A stretch of 64,000 bases of DNA from the human T2T-CHM13v2.0 reference genome, Homo sapiens: the NCBI RefSeq assembly GCF_009914755.1, contig NC_060935.1. One strand, given 5' to 3'. Both the position numbers and the translations under genes were made by a program. Numbering within the stretch: the stretch's first letter is position 1; every line of letters begins with the position of its first letter. Positions 41,673 through 55,859 of this stretch are shown here, piece after piece. The notes below the pieces were generated by a model. The model made no database searches, had not been told where the DNA came from, and saw nothing but the letters and a program-made list of their open reading frames with translations.

Positions 41673-43738
41673 TGTTTTACTCATGGTTCTCCAGAAAGAC
41701 AGAAGTGGTAGGAGAAATACATATATTTATATATATATAGATATAAATATAAATATTTATATAGATATAAATATAAATATTTATATAGATATAAATATAA
41801 ATATATAAATATAAATATTTATATAGATATAAATATAAATATATAAATATAAATATTTATATAGATATAAATATAAATATATAAATATAAATATTTATAT
41901 AGATATAAATATAAATATATAGATATAAATATTTATATAGATATAAATATAAATATATAGATATAAATATTTATATAGATATAAATATAAATATATAAAT
42001 ATAAATATTTATATAGATATAAATATAAATATATAAATATAAATATTTATATAGATATAAATATAAATATATAAATATAAATATTTATATAGATATAAAT
42101 ATAAATATTTATATAGATATAAATATAAATATTTATATAGATATAAATATAAATATATAAATATACATATTTATATAGATATAAATATAAATATATAAAT
42201 ATATACATATTTATAAATATATAAATATATACATATTTATAAATATATAAATATATACATATTTATATATATATATAGTCTCTGTGTCAACAATGAAAAT
42301 GGATAGCATATTCCTCATTGGGTTCTTCTAAGAGTTAGCAGAAACATGTAAGCACAATATCAGAAATATAGAGGTTTAATTAACATGGGCTATGATGATA
42401 TTTGTTACTGAGACTCTGGAGGTTTTTCTAGTGCTTGCAGAATTTAAAGAGACCTTCAAATTAGTGCACTTTAAAAACATTTTTCTTTTAATACTCAATT
42501 CCTTCATTGTAGTTGAAAGTGATTAACACAAATTTGTGTTTGAAAGTGATTAAAACAATCACAATAGACACTTTTGGGATCCTCACCTGTTATGTAAAAC
42601 CAAGGACTTTTCAAACATAAACTGGAAGGCTTTAACAAATAGCGCAGTAGGTTTGCCTGCCAAGGAGCCTAATATTCAACTGTATCGCAGAAATAAGTGC
42701 AGTGGTTATATAAACTGTCATAACCACTAACTTAACACGTGGCGTTACTCTGCTTACTTTTAGCAGATGATTTAACTACTGTTCCTCCTGGAGACAACAA
42801 TACTAACTCCCCACCTTCATAAGTTCCTTAACCACCCTCCCATTCTACCTCTAAAATTACATCAAAAACAGAAGTGGTTTAGAAAGTAAATTACACGTGA
42901 GAGTTTCTAGGATTCTGAGGTTTTACAATTGCAGAGACATGGAGTGCATTTTGTTCTGCATGAGTATACAGGAGAGGCAGTATGTGTGATATATTAATAA
43001 ATTAGCATATTAGGTAAACAAATACTGATTGTCTACCACGGGCAAAGCACTGCTAGATACCTGAGGGGTGTGTGTGTGTGTATATGTATATACACATGAG
43101 AGGCGAGGGGAAGGAGGAAGGGAGAGAGAGAGAGATGTGAGAGGGATTTATCAGGAAGATTGGCTCACATGATCATGGAGGCTGAGAAGTTCCACAAAGG
43201 GTCGTCCGAACTGGAGAATCTGGAAAGCTGAGGATGTGGCACAGTTCAAGTCCGAAGGCCTTACAAATAAATAAGCTGATGGCATAACTCATTTCAAGGC
43301 CGAAAGCCTGAGTCGGGGTTGCCGGGGGCAGGCTCTGGTGCAAATCCCAGAGTCCAAAAGCTGGAGAACCTAGCTTTCTGACATCCAATGGAAGGAGAAA
43401 AACATCCTGGCTCCAAAAGAAAGAGAAAAATAATTTGCCCTTCCTCTGCCTTTTCTCTCCAGGCCCCCAGCTGATTAAATGGTGCCTGCCTGCATTGAGG
43501 GTGGAGCTTCTCCACTCAGTTCACCCACTCACAGGCCAGTGTCTTCCGAGAAATACTCTCACATATACACCTGGGGCAGCCCAAGCATTAAAATCAAAAG
43601 CAAAACCACCTGGGTTTTCCTTTTAGCAGAAAAGGAATGGGCTGCGTGTCGTCTGAAGGGCTGAGAATAAATAATGCTCTACCAGCTATTGCAGTGTCCC
43701 TGAATGCAGTCAAGCTGAGGCCTCAAGTCAGCCATCAC
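41673..43738 (-). mobile_element. MLT2 (MLT2B/C-like) LTR in two pieces (41673-~41716 plus TA array; 43068-43738)
   Basis: tgttttactcatggttctccagaaagacagaa..tagga; then gatttatcaggaagattggctcacatgatcatggaggctgagaagttccac ... cagtcaagctg..gccatca. Confidence 0.85.
41717..42277. repeat. AT-rich mini/microsatellite (~560 bp)
   Basis: Units atatagatataaat(ataaat)n-attt, with a catatttataaat variant at the right end. Confidence 0.95.
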
Positions 43739-44019
43739 TGGCCTGAGGGTGGCAATGGCTTCCCATGGCTGCTCTCCTGGAGCTGCTGCCTTGTGCCCCT
43801 GTGGTCCCCTTAACTCTGAGCACCTGTCTCAAAATAGCCTCTTTATTGAACCATTGAACTCTCTTCCACTAAACCCTCTGGATAAGCCATTCATTTCTAC
43901 CTGAGACTATATAATTCCTAGTTAGTAGAAAACTTTTGTCTGTTATTTCATGAATATTGGAAGGAAAAAAATAAGTGTTCCAGAATTTCTACTCACACCT
44001 TTATCTCCCTGACAATAAT

Positions 44020-44280
44020 GACAATGAAGATAATATTTAATAAGCTTTTATACTTTTATGTGTAGCAAGCCTTGTGACAAGTGCTATTTTTCCATTATTT
44101 AATTAATTAAATCTTCACGACTATTCTATGGCACAGGTGGTATTATCCCAACTTTACATATGAGGCGATAGGCACAGAGAGGTTATGTCATTTACCTTAA
44201 GTCAAAAGTAGCAAGTGGTGTAGCCAAGATTTGAGCCTGGCCAGCTGAATCCAAATCTGATCCTCGTTCCCAATGCCACA
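44020..44280 (-). mobile_element. MIR SINE
   Basis: ttatcccaactttacatatgagg...ggcacagagaggttatgtcatttacc..gtcaaa. Confidence 0.75.
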
Positions 44281-44312
44281 ATTACAATGATTTTATAAAA
44301 ATAGCTCTCAGA

Positions 44313-44601
<289 letters not shown>

Positions 44602-45849
44602 AAAAATAGCTCTCAGGGTAGAAGAAAGTCAAGAACCCCAAGATAACTTTGTAGCAAAAAAAAAAAGCCATTCATCCCAATCTCATTTCTTTGCAGGTTC
44701 AAGTTACCTCTCAAAAATCCCTCCAAATATAGATTTCTACTTCATAACTTGCATTTCCTAGTTTTAATACTGAAATGTTTCCACTTAAATATTTGAGTAA
44801 AACTTGAAATTCAAGAAAATTTACCAAGTTCTTCTTACAACATACTATGCTCCCTGACATAATGCCCTTCATATTCAAAAAGCCTAGATGGATGTGGGAC
44901 AATTTCAGATAAAGTTCTTTTGGTAGCTTTCAATACTGGAACCCTGGTCACATCATATATTTGTTTTGTTGTTTATTTGTTTGGCTTGTAACAAATACTG
45001 CCTTTCATTCAATGTGAGGATATGTTAAATATGCATCACATGGTCTAATTTTATGTGGAAAGGTGAAATATTTGACACCTTATGTCCTTTGCAAAAAACA
45101 ATTTCCAAATTCCGTGGGGGAAATAATCACTTTTAAATCTTATTGATCAACTAGATTTAGTAACACATTCATTACCTAATTTGATCTCCGTAAAAACTTA
45201 TGAGATATGACCTTCATTTAAGAGTGGAGGCCTGACTTAGTGACATTGCTGGTTAGGGAAAAGCAAAATTGCAGCCCAGGCCTCTTGAATGCTAACCTGG
45301 CTTCTTATGTTGCATCTTACTCTGGCTGCCAGCATAAAATAGGCATGAATCACCTGGAGATAAATCCTAATGCCTAAAGATTCCTAACAAGAGAGGAATG
45401 AGCTCCCATTAAATGAATGTGACCTTTGCTGAACCCCAAACATTTGAAACCAAGTGGGTGCTTTTGGGTTGAGTCTTGGGCCACCAGACCTACAAGACCT
45501 TTCTGGGTGGATTTGCAGTGCCTGTAAGGCAGCTACTGTTGAAAAGTGCTATCCATTTGCCCAGACAGTACATTTGGGAAAGTTTGCTTTTCTTTGCTTC
45601 CTTTTAAATCTGTCATTTTAAGCAATTAATCACCTGTGGAGTCTTTTAATTCCCAGGAGAGATTTCCAGTGTTTTTGCTACATTTCAAATCCCTTCAATT
45701 AAACCCATTTCCAAACCAAAGGACTCATTTTACTATTATTTAGTTTAGGACATTTAAAAATTGTCCTATTTATTTCCCGATAACATTTTAAGTGGCTTAT
45801 TGTAAAAGCACAAGGGAGAGAAGCCAAAGACATTTGACATAATCAAATA

Positions 45850-46710
45850 ATAATACTTGCTGATATTTATTTAATGCTTATGATGTGCCAGCCACCATGC
45901 TGGCCCTTTACATACATTATAATATTTGCCCTAATCTGCGAAGCAAGTATTTTCATATGAGAAATTGAGATTTCAGAACTGAAATATCTTGTCTACACAA
46001 ATAAAATAGAATGGAGCCAGGACTAAAACCCAAGTGTGTCTCACTTCATACTCCTAACTTTGTAAGCACCGTAATGTATTGTTTTTCTGAAAGCCTTCCC
46101 CATGACCATGCCTATCAAAGAGAAATAAGGCATGACAGGACAGCGGGGAGGGATAGAACTATAATTTTAAAAATTTGGTGAAAGTAAGTTTTAGTATCTG
46201 ACCATATAACTTAGCTAAAAGTTTTGTAGCAGATAGGACAAAAGAAAAAAAATGCAGAAAGGTCCAGGGGAATAGTAAGTGACCAATTTCAGAGTTAGTA
46301 AATCCTGATTTTAAATTCTAGCTCAGCTACCAACTAGCTGTGTAACTTCAGACAGGTTACTTCTATTCTCTGAACTTTAATTCAGTCATCTATAAAATAG
46401 AGATAGTAAAATTACTTTGTGTTACTGAGAAGTTTAAAGATAATATGTGCAAGGGAACTGATGGTTTCTGACACATGGCAGAGACTTTAAAAAGCTAGTA
46501 ATTGTTGCAAAACTCCTCTGTTAGCCCATTGCAGTGTTTGTTTCTCAGAATACTCCTGAAATTTAGGGCTCATATTTTGCATTTTACAGAAGAGAAACCC
46601 GAGGCTTATAAAATGTTAATAATTTCAGTAAGATCATGTAGAGCTGGGATGAAAACATATAGATATCAACTAACAAGTCAATATTTTTTTTTCCATCACA
46701 CATTGTTTTA
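45850..46710. mobile_element. Cluster of three MIR fragments (-,+,-)
   Basis: MIR core motifs tgagaaattgag, tgtaacttcagacaggttactt..tctctgaac, cattttacagaagagaaacccgaggct. Confidence 0.65.
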
Positions 46711-48049
46711 ATTGTCCAACCAAAGGAGGAAGACCTGTTTATCATAAAAACCATATCTTTTCCTGGCTTGGAGCCTGAGAAGTATTGGCCATGAGAGCTA
46801 TTAAATGACAGCAGTAAGCAAAGTAACTACCAATGTCCTAGATGACAGATTTATGAGAAAGACGAAGGCCTTCCTTGTATGACTGGTTCTTAAATGGTTC
46901 ATAGTAAAAACCAAGTGTATGGTGGAAAACAAAGTTATTTAAGCTAATTTTGGCAGGGGGTTGGGAGTGGAGTAGATGATGCGAACCAGACATGTAGCCT
47001 TCTTGTGGTGTCACTTAATACAAGGTTAAAGCCGGGAACCTCTTGAGGAGTGAATTCCTATAAAATATCCACTCTGGGTTCAGTTTGATAGTGGGGCTTT
47101 TAACTAGAGTATAACAAATAGTGGATAGTTTTGATGCATATTTCTTTAATTCCAAGACAATTAACAGTTTACAGAGACTTTAATATAGGAATCTGGCCTC
47201 TTTTGTGGGATATGGCACACATTTTTCTAGGTATTTGGCAAGAATTTGGAGAAATAAGAAGAAACTTCATCAGACTTTGGGATAAGTAAATAGCCCTAAA
47301 GCACGTCCTATCAGTCATGACCTGTAAGTGATAGAATCATTCCCAGTTTCATGACTGCCAATCAGTTTCATCCAAATGTTAAACATGGAATTAATTCTTC
47401 CTTCATTTCCTTAATCTGGGGTCTCTGTATATGGTTTCTTCCTTGCTCACTTAGATTGAAACTATGTTGCTTTCTTAAGCTTTATTTTTCATTTCTATAT
47501 AATGGAGACAATATTAGCCCTCCCTTAGTCATGGTGATTATCAAATGGGATGGCTTATATAAAGTTCTTCGAAGCATGCAAAATGTAAAGAGCTGAATTG
47601 TATTAAATTGATAGGTATTTTCTAAATGAGAGTCAAAATTTCTAAGGTGTTTTCACAATCTATTGCTGTTTTTAGTGATAAATGGCAGAATACCACACCC
47701 TAAATATGTGCATATATTTATACACATACACCTTATTGGGAAATGTGAACTAATGCTTCCCAATACCTATCATGAACTAGGCATTTTTAAATTCTCTATC
47801 TCATTCAATATTCACAATCATCCTCTGAGAGATCAGTGCCTTCCTTTCTCTGTTAACAGGGCCTATCTCATTTCTAGGATGAGGCAGCTGGCATATTGGG
47901 AATCATAAAAAGAATAAAATATTGGGAATCATAAAAAGAATAAAATAGGATGATATAAGATATATCAAATATAATGGTAAAATCTTAACTGCACCAGTAA
48001 TAATAATTTGATTATACTCATCAAAGATATTAACAATCAGGAAATTTGA

Positions 48050-48625
48050 TAAATTGAATATATATTTGAAGCTGTATAGTAATTATAACATAATTACTAT
48101 ACATGCTCACCAGGTTAGTAATTACTTAAGCCTGGCAATGCCCAGCATTGGCAAGATTATAAAACAACAATAACTTATACTAGTAGAAGTAAAATTAATA
48201 CCACTATTTTAGAAAATCATTTTCTATAATCATGTAACTTTGAGGATCCACATACCCTACAGTCAGCAATTTAACCTCTATGGAGTTATAGCATAGAAAA
48301 TATATTGCTTATGTATACCAGAAACAAATATACAAATGTTCATACAACAGCATTGTTACTAACAACAGTGAGGATAAATAATCCAAATGCCTATCAACAG
48401 GAAAATGGTTAAATTATGTATGATTTATTCTTATACCAATATACTATTACAGAATTAATGACTGAACTATAGCCATATGCTTCAACATATATGAATGTCA
48501 TATACCTAATGCTGGGTGATAAAAAAGTGGAGACAAATAATTTTGGTGGACACATTTATAAAAAGTTTCTTACGGATACATACATATGTAGTAAATCTAA
48601 AATAAAATGTAACTAAATGACAGTT
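48050..48625 (+). mobile_element. Old L1ME-like fragment
   Basis: catacccta..cagcaattt, aaatgttcatacaacagcattgtt, ccaaatgcctatcaacagg. Confidence 0.65.
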
Positions 48626-48629
48626 CAGA

Positions 48630-50180
48630 AGAACACCTTTATGCACACAAATGAGAAAACCTAGAGGAAATGGATATATTCCTGAAAACATAAAACTTCC
48701 CAAGACTGAAACAGGAAGAACTAGAAATCGTGAGCAAACCAATAATGAGTAATGGACTTCAAATTATACAAGGCTAGAGAAACTAAAAGAGCACGGTGCT
48801 GGTACAAAAATAGACATCAATAGAACATAACAGAGAAACCAGAAATAAGGCCACATACCTACAACCAACTGACTTTTAACAAAATTGACAAAAATAAACA
48901 ATGGGGAAAGGACATCCTATTCAATAGATAGTGCTGGGATAATTGGCTAGCCATATGCAGAGGAATGGAAATGGACCTCTATCTCTCACCATATACAAAA
49001 TTTAAGTTAAGACAGATTAAAGACTTAAATGTAAGACTTGCAAATGTACATGATGTAAATTATAAAAGTCTTATTAATAGGAGAAAACCTAGGAAAAACT
49101 TTTCTGGACATCAGCCTGGCAAATAATTTATGACAGAGACTCCAAAAAACAAATGCAACAGAAACAACAATAGACAAATGGAACTTGATTAAACTAAAAG
49201 TCCTCTTCACAGCAATAGAAATAATCAAAAAGTAAATAGAAAACCGACAGAATGAGAGAAAACAAATTATGTCTCTGACAAAGGGCTAATATCCACAATC
49301 TACAGGAAACCCAAAGAACTCAACGAGAAACAATCCCATTAAAAACTGGTCTAAGGACAAGAAAAGATATTTCTCGAAAAAAGAAATACAGGTGGCCAGG
49401 AAACACAGGAAAAAATTCTCAACATCAGTAATTACCAGAGAAATGGAAACTAAAAGCACACTGAGATATTTTACACCAGTCATAATGGCTATTACTAAAA
49501 GCCAAAAATAACAGATGTTGGTGTGGATGTGGAGAAACGGGGATTCTTGTATACTGTTGGTGGAGATGTAGATTGGTTCAACTTCTATGGAAAACAATAT
49601 GGAGATATTTTAAGGAACTAAAAATAGAGCTACCATTAGTAATCCCACTGCTGTGTATCTACCCAAAGGAAAAATAAATCATTTTTCAAAAAAACACACC
49701 TGCACTCATATGCTTATGGCAGCATTATTCACCACGGCAATCATGGAACTAATCCTAGTGTCCATCAACAGTTGATTGGACAAAGAAAATGTGTTATACA
49801 GACACCATGGAATACTATGCAGCCATAAAAAATAATGAATTCCTGTCCTTTGCAGCAACATGGATGGAGCTGGAGGCCATTATCCAAAGTACACTAACTC
49901 AGAAGTACAAAATCAAGTGTTGCATGTTCTCACTAAATGAGGACTAAGCTATGGGTGCACAAAAGTATACGGAGTAGTATAACGGATATTGGAGATTCAA
50001 AAGTGGGGAGGTAGGAAGGAGATAAAGTTTGAAAGATTATCTATTGTATTCAATGTTCAATATTTGAGTGACAGAGACACTAAAAGCCAAATCCCCACCA
50101 TTAGGCAATATACCCATGTAACACACATTCACGAATGCCCCTTAAATCTAACATTAAAAAATAAAAATTAAATAAAAAAA
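48630..50180 (+). mobile_element. L1PB3/4-like, 5'-truncated, with a large internal ORF2 deletion
   Basis: ORF2 relics with a jump at ~48755; 3'UTR cactaaaagcc...tatacccatgtaaca..ccccttaaatcta and an A-rich tail. Confidence 0.88.
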
Positions 50181-50454
50181 GAAGTGTCATTCAATAGTAC
50201 TGTTAATGTTTTAAAGTATGTGACAAGTAAACAGAAAAGTTCTTCTGGACATGTGAAGTATATTTTATATGAAAATATAAAACCTCATAGTTTCAAAGTA
50301 TATGGTTAGGAATAAGGGTATATGTATGCATAAATGGATGTATGTAGACTAAGGCTGGAAGGAACAATGCAAAACAAATCATGAGGAAGTAATTGCTGAT
50401 ACACACACAAACACTTCTTTAAAAAAATAAAGCTTCCTTGGCCATCAATAATAT

Positions 50455-50824
<370 letters not shown>

Positions 50825-51619
50825 CATTAATAATATTTTAAAAATAAAAATGTGATTAGGGAAAGTAATAATATGCTCGTAATTATTTATATCTTATAGG
50901 CAAGCATTCCTTTACTCCTTGTTTAAAAATTAAAAAATAATAGTCTATTGTATAGTCAAGTTGATAACTATAAAATAAAACTAACAATTAAAAATTATTT
51001 TGAATCTATTAGCTTTCAATGGCATTTCTTAGCAATAATTATTCATTTGAACAATATAGCATGTGTTCAACTTCAATGCATAGATGACTACATGGAATTC
51101 CCAAGAACCTAAACAAAGGCATTTTTGGGAAGATTGTTTCTTAAACTAAATCTTAAGATTATGCTGTTTATTGAAGGCTCATTCTTGAGTACGAATGAGA
51201 AATAATTTTAATGAACAATTTTCATGAATTGGAGAGGCAAGCTCAATCACATTTGTATAAAGTCATTTGTAATACAGCACACACAACAGATAAAGCTAAC
51301 TCTCAGTAAATGGTGTATTGATTTTACAGCTGTGAATGCACATTGTACTATTTAGAGAAAATGTCTGTTCCAGTATCTGCCTATTCCATGGGAATATGTG
51401 TCTACGAACTAAATGCTAAGATAAGAGCTCCTCTAATTTGTTTACATTATGTGGTATTTACCCTGGAGTGTGGTAACTGTTAGAGAAAATAAAATCACAT
51501 GACATGGAACAACTTTCTTATTAAACGAAAGTGTGTACGTGCATGCACATGCATACACACACATATATACACATAGAAAGATAAGGAAAGGGAGAAAAAG
51601 AGATTCAGGTTGAGAGTGG

Positions 51620-52070
51620 GAACTTAGTACCACCAGGTACTGTGCCAGACACTAGGAATACGAAAGCTAAAAAGTGTAGTCCCTGCATTATAAGATGAGA
51701 GAATAACGAGGTGGACTATCAAGTTCAATGTGATAGGAATAGTGCTGTAATGTTGATATGCAAATGGTGCAAAGAGGAAAACACATCTTCAGTTGCTGAC
51801 CAACTGGAGTCAAGGAAGGAGTCACAGGAGAGGAGGTGCTGAGCCTTGACGAGGTTGTTGAGAGAATGAGAGGAGGAAACACATTCAAAGCCAACTATGC
51901 ATTAGCACTGAAGTCTGAAAGAAGAAGACTTTAGAGAAACAGGCATCATTTACTGAGCATGGAGCAGGGGTACATAAGAAGCAGGCAATGAGATTGGAGA
52001 AGCAAAAAGGGACAGGATCAAAAATAGCCTTGAATCCAGGAAGTTTTGAGTAGAAAACTAGCATATGCAT
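51620..52070 (-). mobile_element. L2 fragment
   Basis: tactgtgccagacactagg...gtccctgc...ggagtcaaggaagg..tcacaggagaggaggtgctgagcc. Confidence 0.65.
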
Positions 52071-54834
52071 TTTTAATTATAGATGTATTTCTCTGGCAAG
52101 ATTAAATGGGTCACAGTTTTAAGAGCATCATAAAACGTCTAAAAGACTGTTAAAAATCACTGAATAGGAATGGTAATATATGTATGTTATTATAGATGCT
52201 TGAAGGTGAAAAAAATGACATAAAAACAAAGAAATACCAGAATCTCTTTAAGGAAATAGTCATCAGATGATTGAGGGTCCAGGGATCTGGATGTGGGGTA
52301 TGATAAGCAGTCCCCCCTGAATGTTAAAATAACCACATTTATTATGTGCTCCCTATGTATTAGGCAGTCTGCTAAATATTTTATACTCATTATTTTGTTT
52401 AATCTTTCCAACACATCTAACAGTAGGTCTTTTGAATTCTGTTTTAGAGATGGGAACTCTGAGAATTAAAGAGGTTAAATAACTCACCCAAAGTCACACA
52501 ATTAGTAAATGGAACAGTGTTTTACTTCAAAGCCTGAGCATCTGCATATAAAAAAGGACACAAAGCCCACATCACTGGTCTAAAGATGAGCAGGTCACCT
52601 CCCAGCATTAAGCCAAGAGACTATAGAAACACTACTGCTATTATAAAATTAACAAAGCAAATAAAAAAGTAACTACTGCTATCATATCAAAGTAAAACTG
52701 CTATCATATCAAAGTAAAAAAAAAGTAACTACTGCTATCATAAAACTAAGCCAAAGAATAAAATTAGACCTAAAGATCGAGAAGAATGACTACTCCAGAG
52801 AAACAGGAAGCGCCAAAGAGCTGTAGAGTATGCCTTTATCTTCTCCTGCCTAGGGTTGGCCACTGACTCATCCAGGAAATGAATGGCAGGCTGGCTGAAA
52901 GAGTATGAACAATAACAATGCCACCAGTGACAATTGCAACAACAGCCTGTTTATTGGATACAAACTATGTGCAGGGTCTATGCCAAGCTTTTCATACATG
53001 AGCTAACTGGTGCTTAAATGAGCTAAGTGACTTGTCACTGTTCTTTCAAGTCCAAAACTCATTATTCTTTTATGCAGAACTGCTTTCCACATCTGACTGA
53101 CTGAAGAAATATCTGAATGACCCTATAGAGTTGGTGTTTAAATTGCTATATCAATTTACTCTAACAACTTTTCTGCCTCAATCATGTCTTTCTGCCCTAT
53201 AGCAGTAATTTGGAGGATGAATTTGAGGTGGGGTTTGACTCTGAACAAGTCAGTTTTGTTGAAGAGTTATATAAGAGTACCCATAATCACTTCGATAATA
53301 AGTGGGATGTTTTCAAGTTGAAAAATTCTCATGTAGTTTGTGGGTGTGTGAGGTATTCAGAAAAATCCTATTACTAAATTGATGTAAATGCATTTTTCCC
53401 AGGTGCCCTAAGGTAGGCAGATGAGCACAGCTACATGAAGCTTATTGAACAAAAATTTAAATTCACAAAATAGATACATTAAGGAGTACTTATTCTCAAG
53501 AGAAAAAGCAATGTTCACACTATGCAAGGATTTCTTGAACTAGCAAATTCCTCCCTAGTGTATTTCAATTAGATTTCCATTTACAATAGGAAAAAAAATC
53601 AATTTGCAGGCAATTTTGCAGTGCCATATCTATTGCATAAAGCAAAATACAGTAGTATCACTTTTTAGAGTTTTGAACAAACTCCTGTATAGAAAACACT
53701 TTGAAAACCACACACAAATAATGCTTCCTGGTGGATGACACACAAAGCATCCTTAAAGTCTCTAGTTGGTTCCCTCAATAATAAACTCACCAGTACTGAG
53801 AGTTCAGTGCATGCCAGCAAAATTCCCAAATTAATTCCTCCTGATGAACTCCCTCTTTTCTAATACATTTTTTCTCACTGCTATTATGTGGAAACAAGTT
53901 GACACTGGCTTCTTACACATAGGACTTATCTAGACTTCCAGTTGTTTGGCTGATAAGGAGATTACTAAGTAAACTTCTAACTCAGCCAGATGGTATGTGG
54001 CCACGTTTGACTTGAAATATTTTCAGCTTTTTGGATTAACGAAGAGCTGAAAATTTTCAGGATAGGAAGAACTTTCCCCTCCCTACTTTTCAGGGTAGTG
54101 TTTATTCAGAGAAATAAACTTTCGGACTTTTGATCGGCATCCCTGAAGAAAGCAGCATCTGATCAACTGCATGGAGAACATGAAATTTATTGAAAGTATA
54201 AACAGTAACTATGGCTGCAAAAGAAATTGATTTTTGTCCTTGCAAGGATGAGTAAACTGGAAAAGATTTTCACATAAACTAAATCTCTTACATAAATGTT
54301 CCTTCCCTAAAAACCTTTAGCACTAAGATAATGACCACCTTGTAAGTGATGGTTAGATGTAAGTCACTCTAAATAGCCTCTTAAACACCAAAGGAATACA
54401 GGGACAGAGGTTAACACTTAGAGTAAAATTTTAAAAATCTGCGTTTTTGAGTCTTGAGTTCTCCCAAAAGGGCCACTTGCATGACCTTGGGCCTCTCTTT
54501 AACCTCCCAGAGACTCTCTCTTCTTATATGCAAAATAAAAACCAAAACATCTACCTCCTGTGGCATATAATCCATAAGGTATTAGCTATCGTATAATCAA
54601 TGACAACAGTTCTTGTTATTCAACTCGTTCATAAAAGAGCTATCTAACTATAAGTATCCCAGCAAATATTTCCTTTGCTTTTAGAAAATTTTAGCAATTA
54701 CAGATTATATTCTAATAGCTACTACAAATCAGCCAGATTACACCATTAATTGGCAGTTCACTGTTCTGCACAAGTATGTCCTGAATTCTCAGGAAAGAAA
54801 CATAACAATGTTTTGGTTTACTCAAGAGATATAA

Positions 54835-55285
54835 GAGACTGGTTACCAAAATAGCCCCAATTCTTCACCTGTTCTTGTAGCTATGGCCTTTGCCATGTGT
54901 CCTTGTATCTCTTTCTATCAAGAAGTAGAACGTATTTTCCAAATTCTTTTAATTGGGTTGACCTTCTGACCTTCTGAGCTAATAACTAACAGAAAGCAAT
55001 GGAAGTGATGATTGGCCAAGCTCTAAGCTTAGGCCTCAAGAGACTTTGAACATTTCTGCTCCTTTGTTGCCCAGACACTGTCATTAAGAATATGCCTGGA
55101 CTAGCCTACAGAAGATACCACATGAGGGAGAGCCCACTTGTATTAGTCAAAGCCCTTCTAGACAAGCTATACCAGTTAAGCCCCAAACATCTGAGAAAAT
55201 CTAGATAGATCGTCATATCTGCCTATCCAACTCACGTCTGACTAAAGATGCACAAGTGAGCTTAGCTGATTACAGAAAGAATTGA
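54835..55285 (+). mobile_element. MLT1 (MLT1G/H-like) MaLR LTR fragment
   Basis: aaaatagccccaattcttc...ggaagtgatg...aagcttaggcctcaagaga...gcctggactagcct. Confidence 0.7.
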
Positions 55286-55541
55286 TTCATTTTACATGAA
55301 CCATATGGGTCACAAGTCTCAAGGAGATCATAGCGTGGAAAGACAAAAGGCAAACAAATGAATTGCTGAGGTCAGAATAATGATTCATACAATTGAGGCA
55401 AAATACAAACTGTAATAGGCCACAGAAGAGAAAGAGGTCAAGGCATCCAGGGGGTTCAGAGATTTTTTCATGTGGTGCTATTAGAACCAAGTCTGGAAAG
55501 GAAGAAAAATGCTGGGAAATGTGGCCCATTTCCAAATTTAA

Positions 55542-55859
<318 letters not shown>

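Larger units (their letters stand above)
41390..43915 (+). mobile_element. LTR33-like ERVL LTR in two colinear pieces (41390-41672, 43739-43915)
   Basis: cctgggaggctgatctctgtgg...ctctgccccttcagg | cctgagggtggcaatggcttccc...aactctcttcc. Confidence 0.7.

Noticed and set aside
43570-43668. Extra ~95 bp within MLT2 as a separate insertion
   Set aside because: May be a normal segment of an MLT2C-type consensus; cannot be decided without Dfam.
52631-52765. CRISPR-like repeat-spacer array
   Set aside because: Eukaryotic context, 12-bp core, irregular self-similar spacers and no cas genes.
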